Assembly: GCA_965216965.1 (NCBI GenBank)
Contig: CBDCGX010000014.1
Span: 29,445 to 93,444 of the forward strand
DNA: 64,000 nucleotides
DNA from: Spirochaetia bacterium
GTDB taxonomy: Bacteria > Spirochaetota > Spirochaetia > WTKD01 > G963693115
Direction: 5' to 3'
Below the pieces are notes generated by a model, which did not search any database, was not told where the DNA came from, and saw only the letters and a list, made by a program, of their open reading frames with translations. Below are positions 50,101 through 58,532 of the stretch, in pieces. How positions within the stretch are numbered: position 1 is the first letter of the stretch; each line of letters begins with the position of its first letter. The position numbers and the translations under genes are program-made.

Positions 50101-50318
50101 CCCCCATTATGATAACAACTCTCACAACGGTATTTGGTCTTTTTCCTATAGCATTGTTTGACTTAGATGGAACAGAACTCATTCGACCAATAGCACTCAC
50201 CATCGTTGGAGGACTTTCTAGCTCTGCCTTACTCTCTCTTCTGCTCTCACCACTTATCTACTATTCTTTTAATAAAAAGAAAAATAAAAAACGCCTCATA
50301 CAAATTAATTCTATTTGA
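47166..50318 (+). CDS. Efflux RND transporter permease (AcrB/HAE1-like)
   Basis: 1050 aa with a 12-TM, two-large-loop architecture and blocks ..LAGLALGIGMLVDNSIVVLENI.. and ..GLVVLVGVAVNHGIVLIDYIN... No outer-membrane factor gene is adjacent. Confidence 0.93.
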   Translation: MIISKLIKKPISVLILFLIAIGFGIYVTFNLPIELIPNIEIPTVSIITKYQNTNAEEIEETITKPIEQALQSLKNVKEISSISLENQSAVTVEFEYGTSNSDNINNLREALDQAKNFLPINAKSPIVFQFNPSMIPVLALSISGNRTVNDIQKITEDVLLPYFEQIDGIANTKILGGEVQKVFVNVDLYKIKSFGITTTDVKNAISLNSKRTSLGTIDTDSLSIALLLNTKFTDINQVKNVVVKSIENANGTTSYIRVKDVAEVYKGFKKESEQYIYVNEKPSITVLIRKQNDKSIVEVSDNIIASLEQIKEIAPVDFSFDIIADNSLMIRNNIKTIIGAIISGAFLAVIILLIFLRNIAAVMVISITIPASIVLTLMLMYFFDMSLNVFTLAGLALGIGMLVDNSIVVLENIYAKRMSGLRLLSASEYGSTEMMRPILTSTLTTISVFLPMIIFKKELGVIGSLFANLSFTVVMSIIASFLIAAFVLPVITSTYIKIHPLKHTGTLKKFDKKFENTLASTLDVYKNILSYMLSRRKRFIALILLISLLPLALMPIFKFQFNPDVKKDNLQVNFTFPSGTNPKYMRDIMRELNVKIKSFIPDIKYTLLSSSSNKGGANSNPIVRDNGYTAAPGKGKITYILTKSKSTSDLQKTIEKINTIASQYIGIEYSVHISDNRASGNSVFSGSKFILKVKSDNYNNLLETVETYKRVLEKNPKLSRVRDDQANRIPEYTFNIDTVKANLDNLTVNTIATELKNSIAGSTASRFTEGAKERDIYVQLSDKYRKDTTIIDQIDVRNKKGVLLPVSNYVSKKQSLGISQISRQGYQRTIQITADIIPGESVTKVISEIKTTLRGIPKDDNLTYIFDGSYKDLQKNFSLMLQIFLIAVVFVFGIMASQFESLLDPFIIIFTIPLTLFGVLIVYAIVGLPITSFTMVGLVVLVGVAVNHGIVLIDYINLLIKRGESLTDAILHAATSRFTPIMITTLTTVFGLFPIALFDLDGTELIRPIALTIVGGLSSSALLSLLLSPLIYYSFNKKKNKKRLIQINSI

Positions 50319-51399
50319 GAATAGCTGGTATATATGTTATAGTAGTAGCTTTATATGGCTGAGCTTTTCCCTTATTTATACCAATAGGGACATTGGCATT
50401 TTCAAAAAACATTCGCTCCGCAATATCAAAAATGGTTTTCGTGTATATTTGGTAATCCACTTTAAAACTTGCCCTAAGCTTTCCTTTTTCTATGTATCGT
50501 TGTGCTTCAGGACTATATCCAAACCCTGTAATAGTTGGTATTTTCATATTATTATTTTCAAAGGCAAACAAAGCACCAATAGCAACCTCATCGCTAAAAG
50601 CTATAACAGTACTAATATTTTCCTCTGTCTTCTTAAGAAGATTAGTAAGCACCGCATAAGAAGCATCTCGAGAATACTCACCAAGGAATAATTCTTTAAA
50701 TCTTCCATCAGTAAAACTTTCTTTCAAATTAAGATATGTTGCATGAGCTAACGACTCATTAGCATACATAGAAAATTGCTTTTGGAATTGCAACATTTTT
50801 TCTTTTTTCGTATCATCTACAAAATAAAGTTGCTCGTCCTTTGTAATCTGTACATCCACGTTAGAATCTTTTGTTTCTTCTTTTTTAGTAATATCTAAAT
50901 TATCAAGAGAAAAAGGCGATAAAATAATAATAATACCATCATTTTTGTCTTGAGGAATTACTGTAAGCAGTTTTTTTGCTATATCTCTCGCATTAAATCC
51001 AATAAATGACCACGGAAGGGGAAGTACTGCATCTTCTTTAATAGGAGCACCCAGTAAAATAAGACTGGGGATATTTAAACCTGCATTTCTTAATGCCTTA
51101 GCCACAATAGCATCTATAAACATTTTAAATGTATACAAGGAAGATGTTTCATACATAATCACAGCATCTTTTTTATTTACAAGAATATCTTGATAATAAT
51201 CTTCCGAATATTTTGTAGCGTAAAACATATCTGTATTGTCCAAATAAGATGTGGCATAATACAATATGTTTTTTTCTATCGATTTACTTACGTAATTAAA
51301 ATCTCCCTTAATGAGAAAATTGTATGTTTTTCTATTTCTAGATGCACATGCACTTAATAAAAGAAAAACAAGGAGAAAAACACATACCAATCGCTTCAT
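50311..51399 (-). CDS. Periplasmic-binding-protein type 1 (sugar/LacI-like fold) lipoprotein, orphan
   Basis: It has a lipobox (..LLLSAC-A). The C-terminal ..VIAFSDEVAIGALFAFENNNMKIPTITGFGYSPEAQRYIEKGKLRASFKVDYQ.. is the PBP1 pattern. Its start overlaps the purB stop by 4 nt and its 3' end overlaps the RND gene by 8 nt (convergent). Confidence 0.6.
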   Translation of the reverse strand: MKRLVCVFLLVFLLLSACASRNRKTYNFLIKGDFNYVSKSIEKNILYYATSYLDNTDMFYATKYSEDYYQDILVNKKDAVIMYETSSLYTFKMFIDAIVAKALRNAGLNIPSLILLGAPIKEDAVLPLPWSFIGFNARDIAKKLLTVIPQDKNDGIIIILSPFSLDNLDITKKEETKDSNVDVQITKDEQLYFVDDTKKEKMLQFQKQFSMYANESLAHATYLNLKESFTDGRFKELFLGEYSRDASYAVLTNLLKKTEENISTVIAFSDEVAIGALFAFENNNMKIPTITGFGYSPEAQRYIEKGKLRASFKVDYQIYTKTIFDIAERMFFENANVPIGINKGKAQPYKATTITYIPAILK

Positions 51400-52826
51400 A
51401 CATACTTCCTTTCATTTTCCTTTTTTAAAAAACTCTTATGTTTTCTCACAATAAGTGTGCTTCTTTTTATGGAAAGACCAGAATAATACTTGGGATTTTT
51501 AAAAAAATCTTTTATTGGAGGGAGAGAAAGAATTGCCAAACGTTTTTCAATAGCTTCCCATATCTTTTTATTCTTTTTTAACATTTCAATCATAGACACT
51601 CCTTTAGTAGCAGATTCTACAAACATTTTTTTTATCATCTCATATCCATTAGATATCCCTTCAAGAGCAAGTATAACATATATAGCCTCTGTAAATATAC
51701 CTTCACCCGCATTCATAATATTTTTTTGTATATTTTTTTTATCTATAGTTAATCGAGAAAGAATAGATTCCGTACGCGCTATTGCCGCTGAAAAACCTAC
51801 AAGATAATCAACTATAAAACGTAAAGAAGCAGAGTTAGTAAGGTCTCTTTGATGCTCCGATATTTGATCCATATAAAAACTAATTACACGGGGCGAAAAC
51901 ACTTTATAGAGACTTTTCACATGCTCGCTATTCCATGGGTTACGTTTTTGTGGCATCGTAGAAGATCCCACTTGTTCCTTGTCAAAAAACTCATATACTT
52001 CACTTATTTCTGATCGTTGTAAATTCCTTAGATCATCGGCAAGGTTGGCAAGTATTCCAAACGCCGTATTATATTCAAGCAAAAGTCGAAGTACGGGCTC
52101 TGGTGCACAAATTTGAGAAGAATATTCTGCAGGAATAAGATTGAGATTTTTCAAATGTGCCTTTTCTATTCTTAAAGCATCATCTTTTACTATAAGAAAG
52201 AGTGCATTATATGCACCCACTGCACCAGAAAGCTTTCCGGTAAGTAGTAATACTCTACGATTTATTTCTTGTATAGAATTTCCAAGACGACTTACATATT
52301 CTGCAAAACTATGTCCAATCGTAATAGGAAGTGCATATTGCCCATGAGTTCTGCCTATTTGTACAACGCTCATATGTTTTTCTGCAATCCGTATAAGACG
52401 TCTTTGTACATCCTGCAAAAGGGGGATTATAATAATACGACTTACATCTCTCAACCGCATGCTCCATGCGGTATCTGTTATATCAAACGAAGTAGCTCCC
52501 AAGTGTATATAAGGTGCTATCGACTTAGGAACATGTTTTTTTATAACATTCACAACAGCTTTTATATTATGCTGTGTTTTTTTCTCCTCTATGTGTATTT
52601 CTTTAGGAGTAATTTTTTTTACTACCTCAAAAGCTTTTTTTATATCTGTTTTTGATAATTTCAAATAGGGAGCAATCGTCTTTAGCAATGAGAGTTCTAC
52701 TTGTATATAATACTGAACTGCGGCTTTTTCGCTTAAATATAATTGAAGCTTTTTAAACAAAGCAACGTTAGAGAAATAATACCTATGATCAATAGGAGAA
52801 AGTAATTCAAATCGAGATATATCCAT
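51396..52826 (-). CDS. purB: Adenylosuccinate lyase
   Basis: The fumarate-lyase signature GSSTMPQKRNPWNSEH is present, at a PurB-typical length (476 aa). Confidence 0.92.
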   Translation of the reverse strand: MDISRFELLSPIDHRYYFSNVALFKKLQLYLSEKAAVQYYIQVELSLLKTIAPYLKLSKTDIKKAFEVVKKITPKEIHIEEKKTQHNIKAVVNVIKKHVPKSIAPYIHLGATSFDITDTAWSMRLRDVSRIIIIPLLQDVQRRLIRIAEKHMSVVQIGRTHGQYALPITIGHSFAEYVSRLGNSIQEINRRVLLLTGKLSGAVGAYNALFLIVKDDALRIEKAHLKNLNLIPAEYSSQICAPEPVLRLLLEYNTAFGILANLADDLRNLQRSEISEVYEFFDKEQVGSSTMPQKRNPWNSEHVKSLYKVFSPRVISFYMDQISEHQRDLTNSASLRFIVDYLVGFSAAIARTESILSRLTIDKKNIQKNIMNAGEGIFTEAIYVILALEGISNGYEMIKKMFVESATKGVSMIEMLKKNKKIWEAIEKRLAILSLPPIKDFFKNPKYYSGLSIKRSTLIVRKHKSFLKKENERKYV

Positions 52827-52892
52827 TTTTACCTTATTAATTGTAATGGAAATAACAATTTTTTATATATTTATATATTAATATTTTTTTCA

Positions 52893-53946
52893 TTAATTAT
52901 TAATACTCATTTCATCGGGGCTTACAAAGTTATTCACATTACCAAAAGAATTTTCTTTATCTGTACGAGTTTTTCTTGCCACAACCTTTATATCATAGTC
53001 AACTATTTTCCAAACATTGTATAATCTCATAAGTCTTATTGTATATCTTTTAAAAACTATAATTAAATCTCCTCTATCTTGTGTCAAAACTTCTACATTT
53101 GCATTGTTCTGAGTAAACTGAGTTTCTTCTATAGAAAAATAATCTATTTTTGAAAGGTCGCTCTTATCTTTTCCTTTCATGATTCTTTCTTTAAATTTCT
53201 TTAGCTCAGTTCGTTGTTGTAAAGAACTAAGAAAAGAAAAAGCATTATTGTCTGCAACAGTATTAAGATAAAACCTTTTTATATCAAGAAATGAGAAAAA
53301 TTTTTTCCAAGACATTTCTTTAAGGGCCGAAAATGCATAAAATACAATCTCGTTGGGCTGATACAAAACACGCTCAGCATACGAAGGGTCCTGATTTAAA
53401 GAATCCTGAGGTATATTTGCAATTGTGCTAGAAGGAAAATCTACTACAGAAACAACAAGGGAATTTGAAGCAATGTATTGTTGTGATAAGCTTCTATCAC
53501 TATAAAATTGAGGATAATAACGAAGAGATATTTTATACGTTCCCACAGAAAGAAACATAAAATAATCATTAATATCTATTTCAAATGGAAAACTCTTCAT
53601 TGGGCAATAGTGTAAGTGTTCTGTATAATATTTTAGGATTATTTCTTTGGGTAAGGATAGTAGGCTTTACCGCAAGAGAAACATCAAAGGCATCAAGTGC
53701 CTCAATTACTATGCTATGAACATAGTTATCTGCAAGCGTTATAGTTTGTGAAACGGAATAATTATTTTTAAATATAAGAAAAAACTTTTTATCTTCTTTA
53801 AGAGAATATGCAATCTTTCTAGGTTGAAGTTGTAATGATATATTTAGTTTTCTTTCTGAAAAAGTCTGAGAAAAGCTAGAATAAATGAGAAGTAAAAACA
53901 ATAATACTGCCATACATTTCTTTCTAAAATACAAACTTACTAGCAT
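52893..53946 (-). pseudogene. Secreted hypothetical protein split by a single-base frameshift in a T-run (~53594-53597)
   Basis: ORF 53581..53946 has a signal peptide (..LLIYSSFS-QT) and ORF 52893..53600 overlaps it by 20 nt. On the minus strand the break reads ..CCCAATGAAGAGTTTTCCATTTGAAATAGAT... Deleting one T fuses them as ..LLPNEEFPFEIDINDYF.. (~350 aa). Confidence 0.6.
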
Positions 53947-54049
53947 GGTATTATTATATATAATTTATCGGTATATTGTTTATAGAAAAACAAGGAATAT
54001 TTATAATATATAACATATAGAATATATTTTTAATGAGTACAATAAATAT

Positions 54050-57000
54050 ATGAGACCTCATTCTAAAATCTTTACGGAACTTTATCTTAATGCCACTGAC
54101 TCATTACAAAGAAAACTCCCCTTAGACTCTCTCTCTTCTTTATTTATACAAAGTGCACATAGCAGTTATTTTCCATTATGGTGCGTTGCATTTCAAAATT
54201 ATATAAAAAAACCCCTTCTAATTGTAAGTCCATTTGATGAACATGCCATAGAGCTTGCTAATGATATTACAGCATGGAATTATACGTTACATCCTAATAA
54301 AACAGAAAGCATAGTCCCTTCTTTCCCATCGTGGGGAACTATTATGGGAAGACCTCTTTCATCATATGCGGAATCTCGTTATACAAGGGCAAAAATGCTA
54401 TATATAATGGCAGAACAGAAAAATACTACATCAATTGCCACATGTAGCATCCGATCATGGTACACCTTGCTTCCTCCTTCAGACATTATATATAAAAGAA
54501 GCATTTCTCTTAATGTTGGAGACGAGTGGCAATCTGATGTGCTTGCAGAACTTATAAGCTCATATAATTTTCTTCGTGTACCACAAATAAGTGGAATAGG
54601 AGAATTTTCCATTCGAGGAGAAATGTGCGATATTGCAATGTATAATTCTGTATACAGGATACATTTTGATTTTGACCATATAGAGAAAATAACCCAAATA
54701 GGAACAATAATACGAAACAATATTACATATGATTTTCAAAAAGAAACCTCTCCGCTTTCTACAATTACTATTCACCCACTCACAGAACATATATGGGATA
54801 CATATTCTTCCATAGATACACTTAAATCTCGACTTCCAGACATTCCTTCTTCCATTATAGAGAAAACCCAAACGCATATCAAAACCCACTCTTTTGATGA
54901 ATACGATTATATGTACTATCCATTTCTCTACAAGACATTTTCACATATTACAAAATATTTTTCGGATGCCCCCATTGTTCTCATGTGTAATTTTGAAGAT
55001 CTTAAAAAACAAGACACTCGTTATAAGGAAGAATATATAAAAGCTTTTTTAGATGAATCTCATATAAAATGCATTCCACGCCCAGAGCGAATGTGGGAAT
55101 TATGCGATACTATTTCGCAAAAAGCAATTCAAATACCTGTATTGCATAAAGAAATATATGACAATACAGACAATAAGAACCATCACCACATAATCGTAGG
55201 AGATAAAAAAGTAAGTGGGTTTAATGGAAACATACGTTACTTTGAGAAATATGTAGAAAAAAGGATACAAGACAATAATGAACATTATGCAATATTTGCT
55301 CCCAGTACTCAACAAAAAGAACGAATTGAAACTTTATGTAATGAATCACTTCTTAAAAACAATATGTTTTCCATTGAAATACTTGATATACATTCGGGAT
55401 TTTCTATACACACAAAATCAGGTTCATTTACTGTATATAACGAAAGCAATATTTTAGGAAAAAAACTTTTTTCATCATTGGACGAAAAAATAGAAGATAT
55501 AACAAATATAGATGCGATAGAAGAAAATACCATTGTAGTTCATATTCATCATGGAATAGGAATATTTAGGGGGCTTAAACGAGTTCCCATACATGGAAGC
55601 GAAAAAGATTTTATGCATATTGAATATGCCGATGGCGAATCTCTCTATGTCCCCATAGAACAAATCACTATGGTTCAGCGATATATTGGAAAAGAAAAAA
55701 ACAAAGTAAGACTTGATACAATAGGGGGGGGGACATGGAAAAAGAAAAAAAATAAGGTGCTAAAGCATGTAGAAGATCTCTCAAAAGACTTGTTAGAAAT
55801 ACAGGCAGAACGAAATAATCTTATCGGATTTGCATATTCTAAAGAAACAGAATGGGAAAAAAAATTCATACAGAATTTTCAATTTACAGAAACAAATGAC
55901 CAAATACATGCATGGAAAGAAATAGCATCAGACATGGAAAGTGCACAAGTAATGGATAGACTCGTTGTTGGAGATGTAGGGTTTGGAAAAACCGAACTCG
56001 CTATGCGTGCCATATTTAAAGCAATAGTATCAGGAAAACAAGCATTGTTTTTAGTGCCTACAACTATACTTGCAGAGCAGCATTATAATGTAACGCTAAC
56101 ACGATTTGAAGATTTCCCTGTGAAAATAGGAATACTTTCTCGTCTTATAGACAAAAAAACACAAAAGAATACAATAGAATTATTAAAAACAGGAGAAATT
56201 GATTTGCTCATTGGAACCCATCGTGGAATACAAAACGACATATCTTTTTATGATTTAGGGCTTATTATCATAGACGAAGAGCATAAATTTGGAGTAAAAG
56301 ACAAAGAAAGAATAAAACACCTTAAAAGAAGCGTAGATTGCCTCGCACTGAGTGCAACTCCAATACCTAGAACTCTCTATCAATCACTTGTAAATATACG
56401 AAGCATATCAACGCTTACAACTCCTCCTAAAATACGAAAACCAATTAAAACATTTGTAGAAAAATATGATGAAAAAATCATACAAAGTGCAATAATAAAA
56501 GAACTTGACAGAAAAGGACAGGTGTTTTTTCTTCACAATAGAGTACAATCACTTGAAGAAATAAAAGAATACATCACGCGATTAGTACCAAGAGCAACCG
56601 TGCTAACTGCAAGCGGAAAAATGCCTCCCGCACAACTTGAAAACACCATGCATCGTTTTATACATGGTGGTGCAAATGTATTGGTATCAACAACCATCAT
56701 AGAAAACGGAATTGATATTCCCTCCGTCAATACAATAATCATAGATAGAGCAGATATGTATGGTGTTTCCCAACTCTACCAACTAAGAGGAAGAGTAGGG
56801 CGAAGCGACAAAACTGCCTATGCCTATTTGTTATATCCCGATGAAAATAGAATATCAGAAATAGCCCTTAGAAGACTTACAACAATAAGTGATCATAGCG
56901 AACTTGGCTCAGGATTTCATATTGCAATGCAAGACCTTGAAATACGAGGTGCAGGAAATCTTTTGGGAAAAGAACAAAGCGGAGGCATTTATTCAATAGG

Positions 57001-57508
57001 ATATGAATACTACTTACAACTTTTAGATAAAGCCATTAAAAAAGCATCGGGAATAAAAATACAAGATAGCAATCCTCTTATAGAAATAGAATATAGGGGC
57101 TATATTCCTAATAAATATATTCCTGATATGGGCATAAAAATGAGTATATATAAAAAAATACTGCGAATACGAAGTATTGAAGAATATAAGCAAGTAAAAG
57201 AATATCTTACAAACACGTTTGGACCAATTCCCAACGAAATATATACCCTCATGCATATTGCAAAGATAAAAATACTTATGGGAATGCTATGTATACAAAA
57301 ACTTAGCACAAAAAAAGACATATTTGAATTGTATTTCAGTTCCAATACACAAAAAGAAAACATTCAAACAAAAATATCTTTACTTATAAAGAGGAAAATC
57401 TTTCAATTTCATAAAAAATACTCTCATATATTGATATTTGAATATAAAAGTTTTGACACTGCTCTAAAATCTTTAGAAGAACATCTTTTATATATCCTCA
57501 AAGAATAA
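54050..57508 (+). CDS. mfd: Transcription-repair coupling factor Mfd
   Basis: 1152 aa with superfamily-2 helicase motifs (GDVGFGKTE, IIDEEHKFGV, LSATPIPRTL, ..QLRGRVGRS..) and a UvrB-like N-terminus. Confidence 0.95.
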   Translation: MRPHSKIFTELYLNATDSLQRKLPLDSLSSLFIQSAHSSYFPLWCVAFQNYIKKPLLIVSPFDEHAIELANDITAWNYTLHPNKTESIVPSFPSWGTIMGRPLSSYAESRYTRAKMLYIMAEQKNTTSIATCSIRSWYTLLPPSDIIYKRSISLNVGDEWQSDVLAELISSYNFLRVPQISGIGEFSIRGEMCDIAMYNSVYRIHFDFDHIEKITQIGTIIRNNITYDFQKETSPLSTITIHPLTEHIWDTYSSIDTLKSRLPDIPSSIIEKTQTHIKTHSFDEYDYMYYPFLYKTFSHITKYFSDAPIVLMCNFEDLKKQDTRYKEEYIKAFLDESHIKCIPRPERMWELCDTISQKAIQIPVLHKEIYDNTDNKNHHHIIVGDKKVSGFNGNIRYFEKYVEKRIQDNNEHYAIFAPSTQQKERIETLCNESLLKNNMFSIEILDIHSGFSIHTKSGSFTVYNESNILGKKLFSSLDEKIEDITNIDAIEENTIVVHIHHGIGIFRGLKRVPIHGSEKDFMHIEYADGESLYVPIEQITMVQRYIGKEKNKVRLDTIGGGTWKKKKNKVLKHVEDLSKDLLEIQAERNNLIGFAYSKETEWEKKFIQNFQFTETNDQIHAWKEIASDMESAQVMDRLVVGDVGFGKTELAMRAIFKAIVSGKQALFLVPTTILAEQHYNVTLTRFEDFPVKIGILSRLIDKKTQKNTIELLKTGEIDLLIGTHRGIQNDISFYDLGLIIIDEEHKFGVKDKERIKHLKRSVDCLALSATPIPRTLYQSLVNIRSISTLTTPPKIRKPIKTFVEKYDEKIIQSAIIKELDRKGQVFFLHNRVQSLEEIKEYITRLVPRATVLTASGKMPPAQLENTMHRFIHGGANVLVSTTIIENGIDIPSVNTIIIDRADMYGVSQLYQLRGRVGRSDKTAYAYLLYPDENRISEIALRRLTTISDHSELGSGFHIAMQDLEIRGAGNLLGKEQSGGIYSIGYEYYLQLLDKAIKKASGIKIQDSNPLIEIEYRGYIPNKYIPDMGIKMSIYKKILRIRSIEEYKQVKEYLTNTFGPIPNEIYTLMHIAKIKILMGMLCIQKLSTKKDIFELYFSSNTQKENIQTKISLLIKRKIFQFHKKYSHILIFEYKSFDTALKSLEEHLLYILKE

Positions 57509-57529
57509 TCTATAATCTATGATGCAAAA

Positions 57530-58072
57530 ATGAAAATAATAAAAATTAGAAAAGAAGACACTATAGTAGATCACTATCTACATCAAACGGCTTATTACAA
57601 CACCATAAAAGCTACAATATGCCAGCCTCTTTCTATACGAAGAAATATAGATTGCCGCTCATTGTTTCCTAATAAAAGTTTTGTAAGAGTACATAAAAGA
57701 GTCAATAAAAGACAAAAGAAATGGTTTGAAAAAGGGTTTCCTCTCTATGGATTGCATTACGATTCATGTGAAAATATTGAAACTATGCTTTCTCACAGAA
57801 ATATTGCATATAAACACATATGTTTTGACATAGGCTTTGGAAAAGGAGAAACAATTTTCCAAATGGCATTAGATTCTCCTGACACCTTGTTTATAGGAGT
57901 AGAACCTTACAAAAAGGGGATAGAATCGTTATTATCGAAAATAATGCAGAATAACGTCAAAAATATTCTTATATTTCATTATGATGTAGTTCCTATATTG
58001 CTACATATGGTTCCAGATTGCACTCTTGATAGAATACAAATATTTTTCCCTGATCCGTGGCAAAAAAAACGT
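57530..58072 (+). CDS. trmB: tRNA (guanine-N7)-methyltransferase TrmB, 3'-truncated at the sequence join
   Basis: ..ICFDIGFGKGETIFQMALDSPDTLFIGVEPY... and ..IQIFFPDPWQKKR match TrmB. The family normally continues H-x-K-R-R plus ~60 aa. Here homology stops and the ORF ends after nine unrelated codons (at 58099). Confidence 0.8.
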
Positions 58073-58085
58073 CTGAGCACTTTAT
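58060..58085. other. Breakpoint between a spirochaete-like and a Campylobacterota-like sequence (probable chimeric join)
   Basis: Both flanking genes are truncated at this point. Local GC jumps from 27% (57961-58020) to 43% (58141-58200), both hand counts. An A8 run at 58062-58069 sits at the join. Confidence 0.75.
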
Positions 58086-58311
58086 GGAAACATTTGTAGA
58101 AAATCCTCAGTCTCAACTTCCTGGTACTTCTATGCCTAGAGTTGGGTTAAGTGCTGAAGGGTATGAGCATGTCAAAGCATATCTTGAAGAAGTGGGTGAT
58201 CCAAGTAAACCTAAAAGAGAAGCAGTAGGTCCATGGGTTCTTGGGTTCTTCATTATCTTTACGATACTAGCGTTCTTATGGAAAAAAGAACAATGGAGAG
58301 ATTTACACTAA
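58075..58311 (+). CDS. C-terminal fragment of a membrane-anchored c-type cytochrome (PetC / cytochrome c1-like of the Campylobacterota bc1 complex); 5' part missing
   Basis: ..FMETFVENPQSQLPGTSMPRVGL... carries the PGT.MP Met-ligand motif and is followed by a C-terminal TM anchor (VGPWVLGFFIIFTILAFLWKK). There is no start codon, RBS or haem-binding CxxCH part upstream. The PetC assignment is from memory. Confidence 0.5.
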   Translation, partial: EHFMETFVENPQSQLPGTSMPRVGLSAEGYEHVKAYLEEVGDPSKPKREAVGPWVLGFFIIFTILAFLWKKEQWRDLH

Positions 58312-58338
58312 ATCTTTTGCGGTATTTTGCCGCATCTT

Positions 58339-58384
58339 CGAAGGAGTTTGCTCAGTCACGTGACTTTGAGTGTACGCTCCTTCG
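58339..58384 (+). terminator. Nested hairpin after the cytochrome fragment (possible terminator or structured element)
   Basis: Outer stem is CGAAGGAG (58339-58346) / CTCCTTCG (58377-58384). It encloses CTCAGTCACGTGACTTTGAG, which has the perfect 12-nt palindrome AGTCACGTGACT (58354-58365). There is no clear T-tract. Confidence 0.35.
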
Positions 58385-58532
58385 CAACAACCTTCAAATC
58401 TACAACAAACTACACACAAAATATTCAGCTTAAATAATATACTTACGTTCTAACTTATTATCTTTTATCCCCCTTTTATCTACATTTAGATACCCTAATA
58501 AAAATATATAAAAATTATACATTGGATTTCAT

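Noticed and set aside
58233-58433. A 66-aa ORF spanning the end of the cytochrome fragment and the hairpin region.
   Set aside because: It overlaps the better-supported cytochrome frame and runs through the palindromic hairpins. It has no RBS and is probably spurious.
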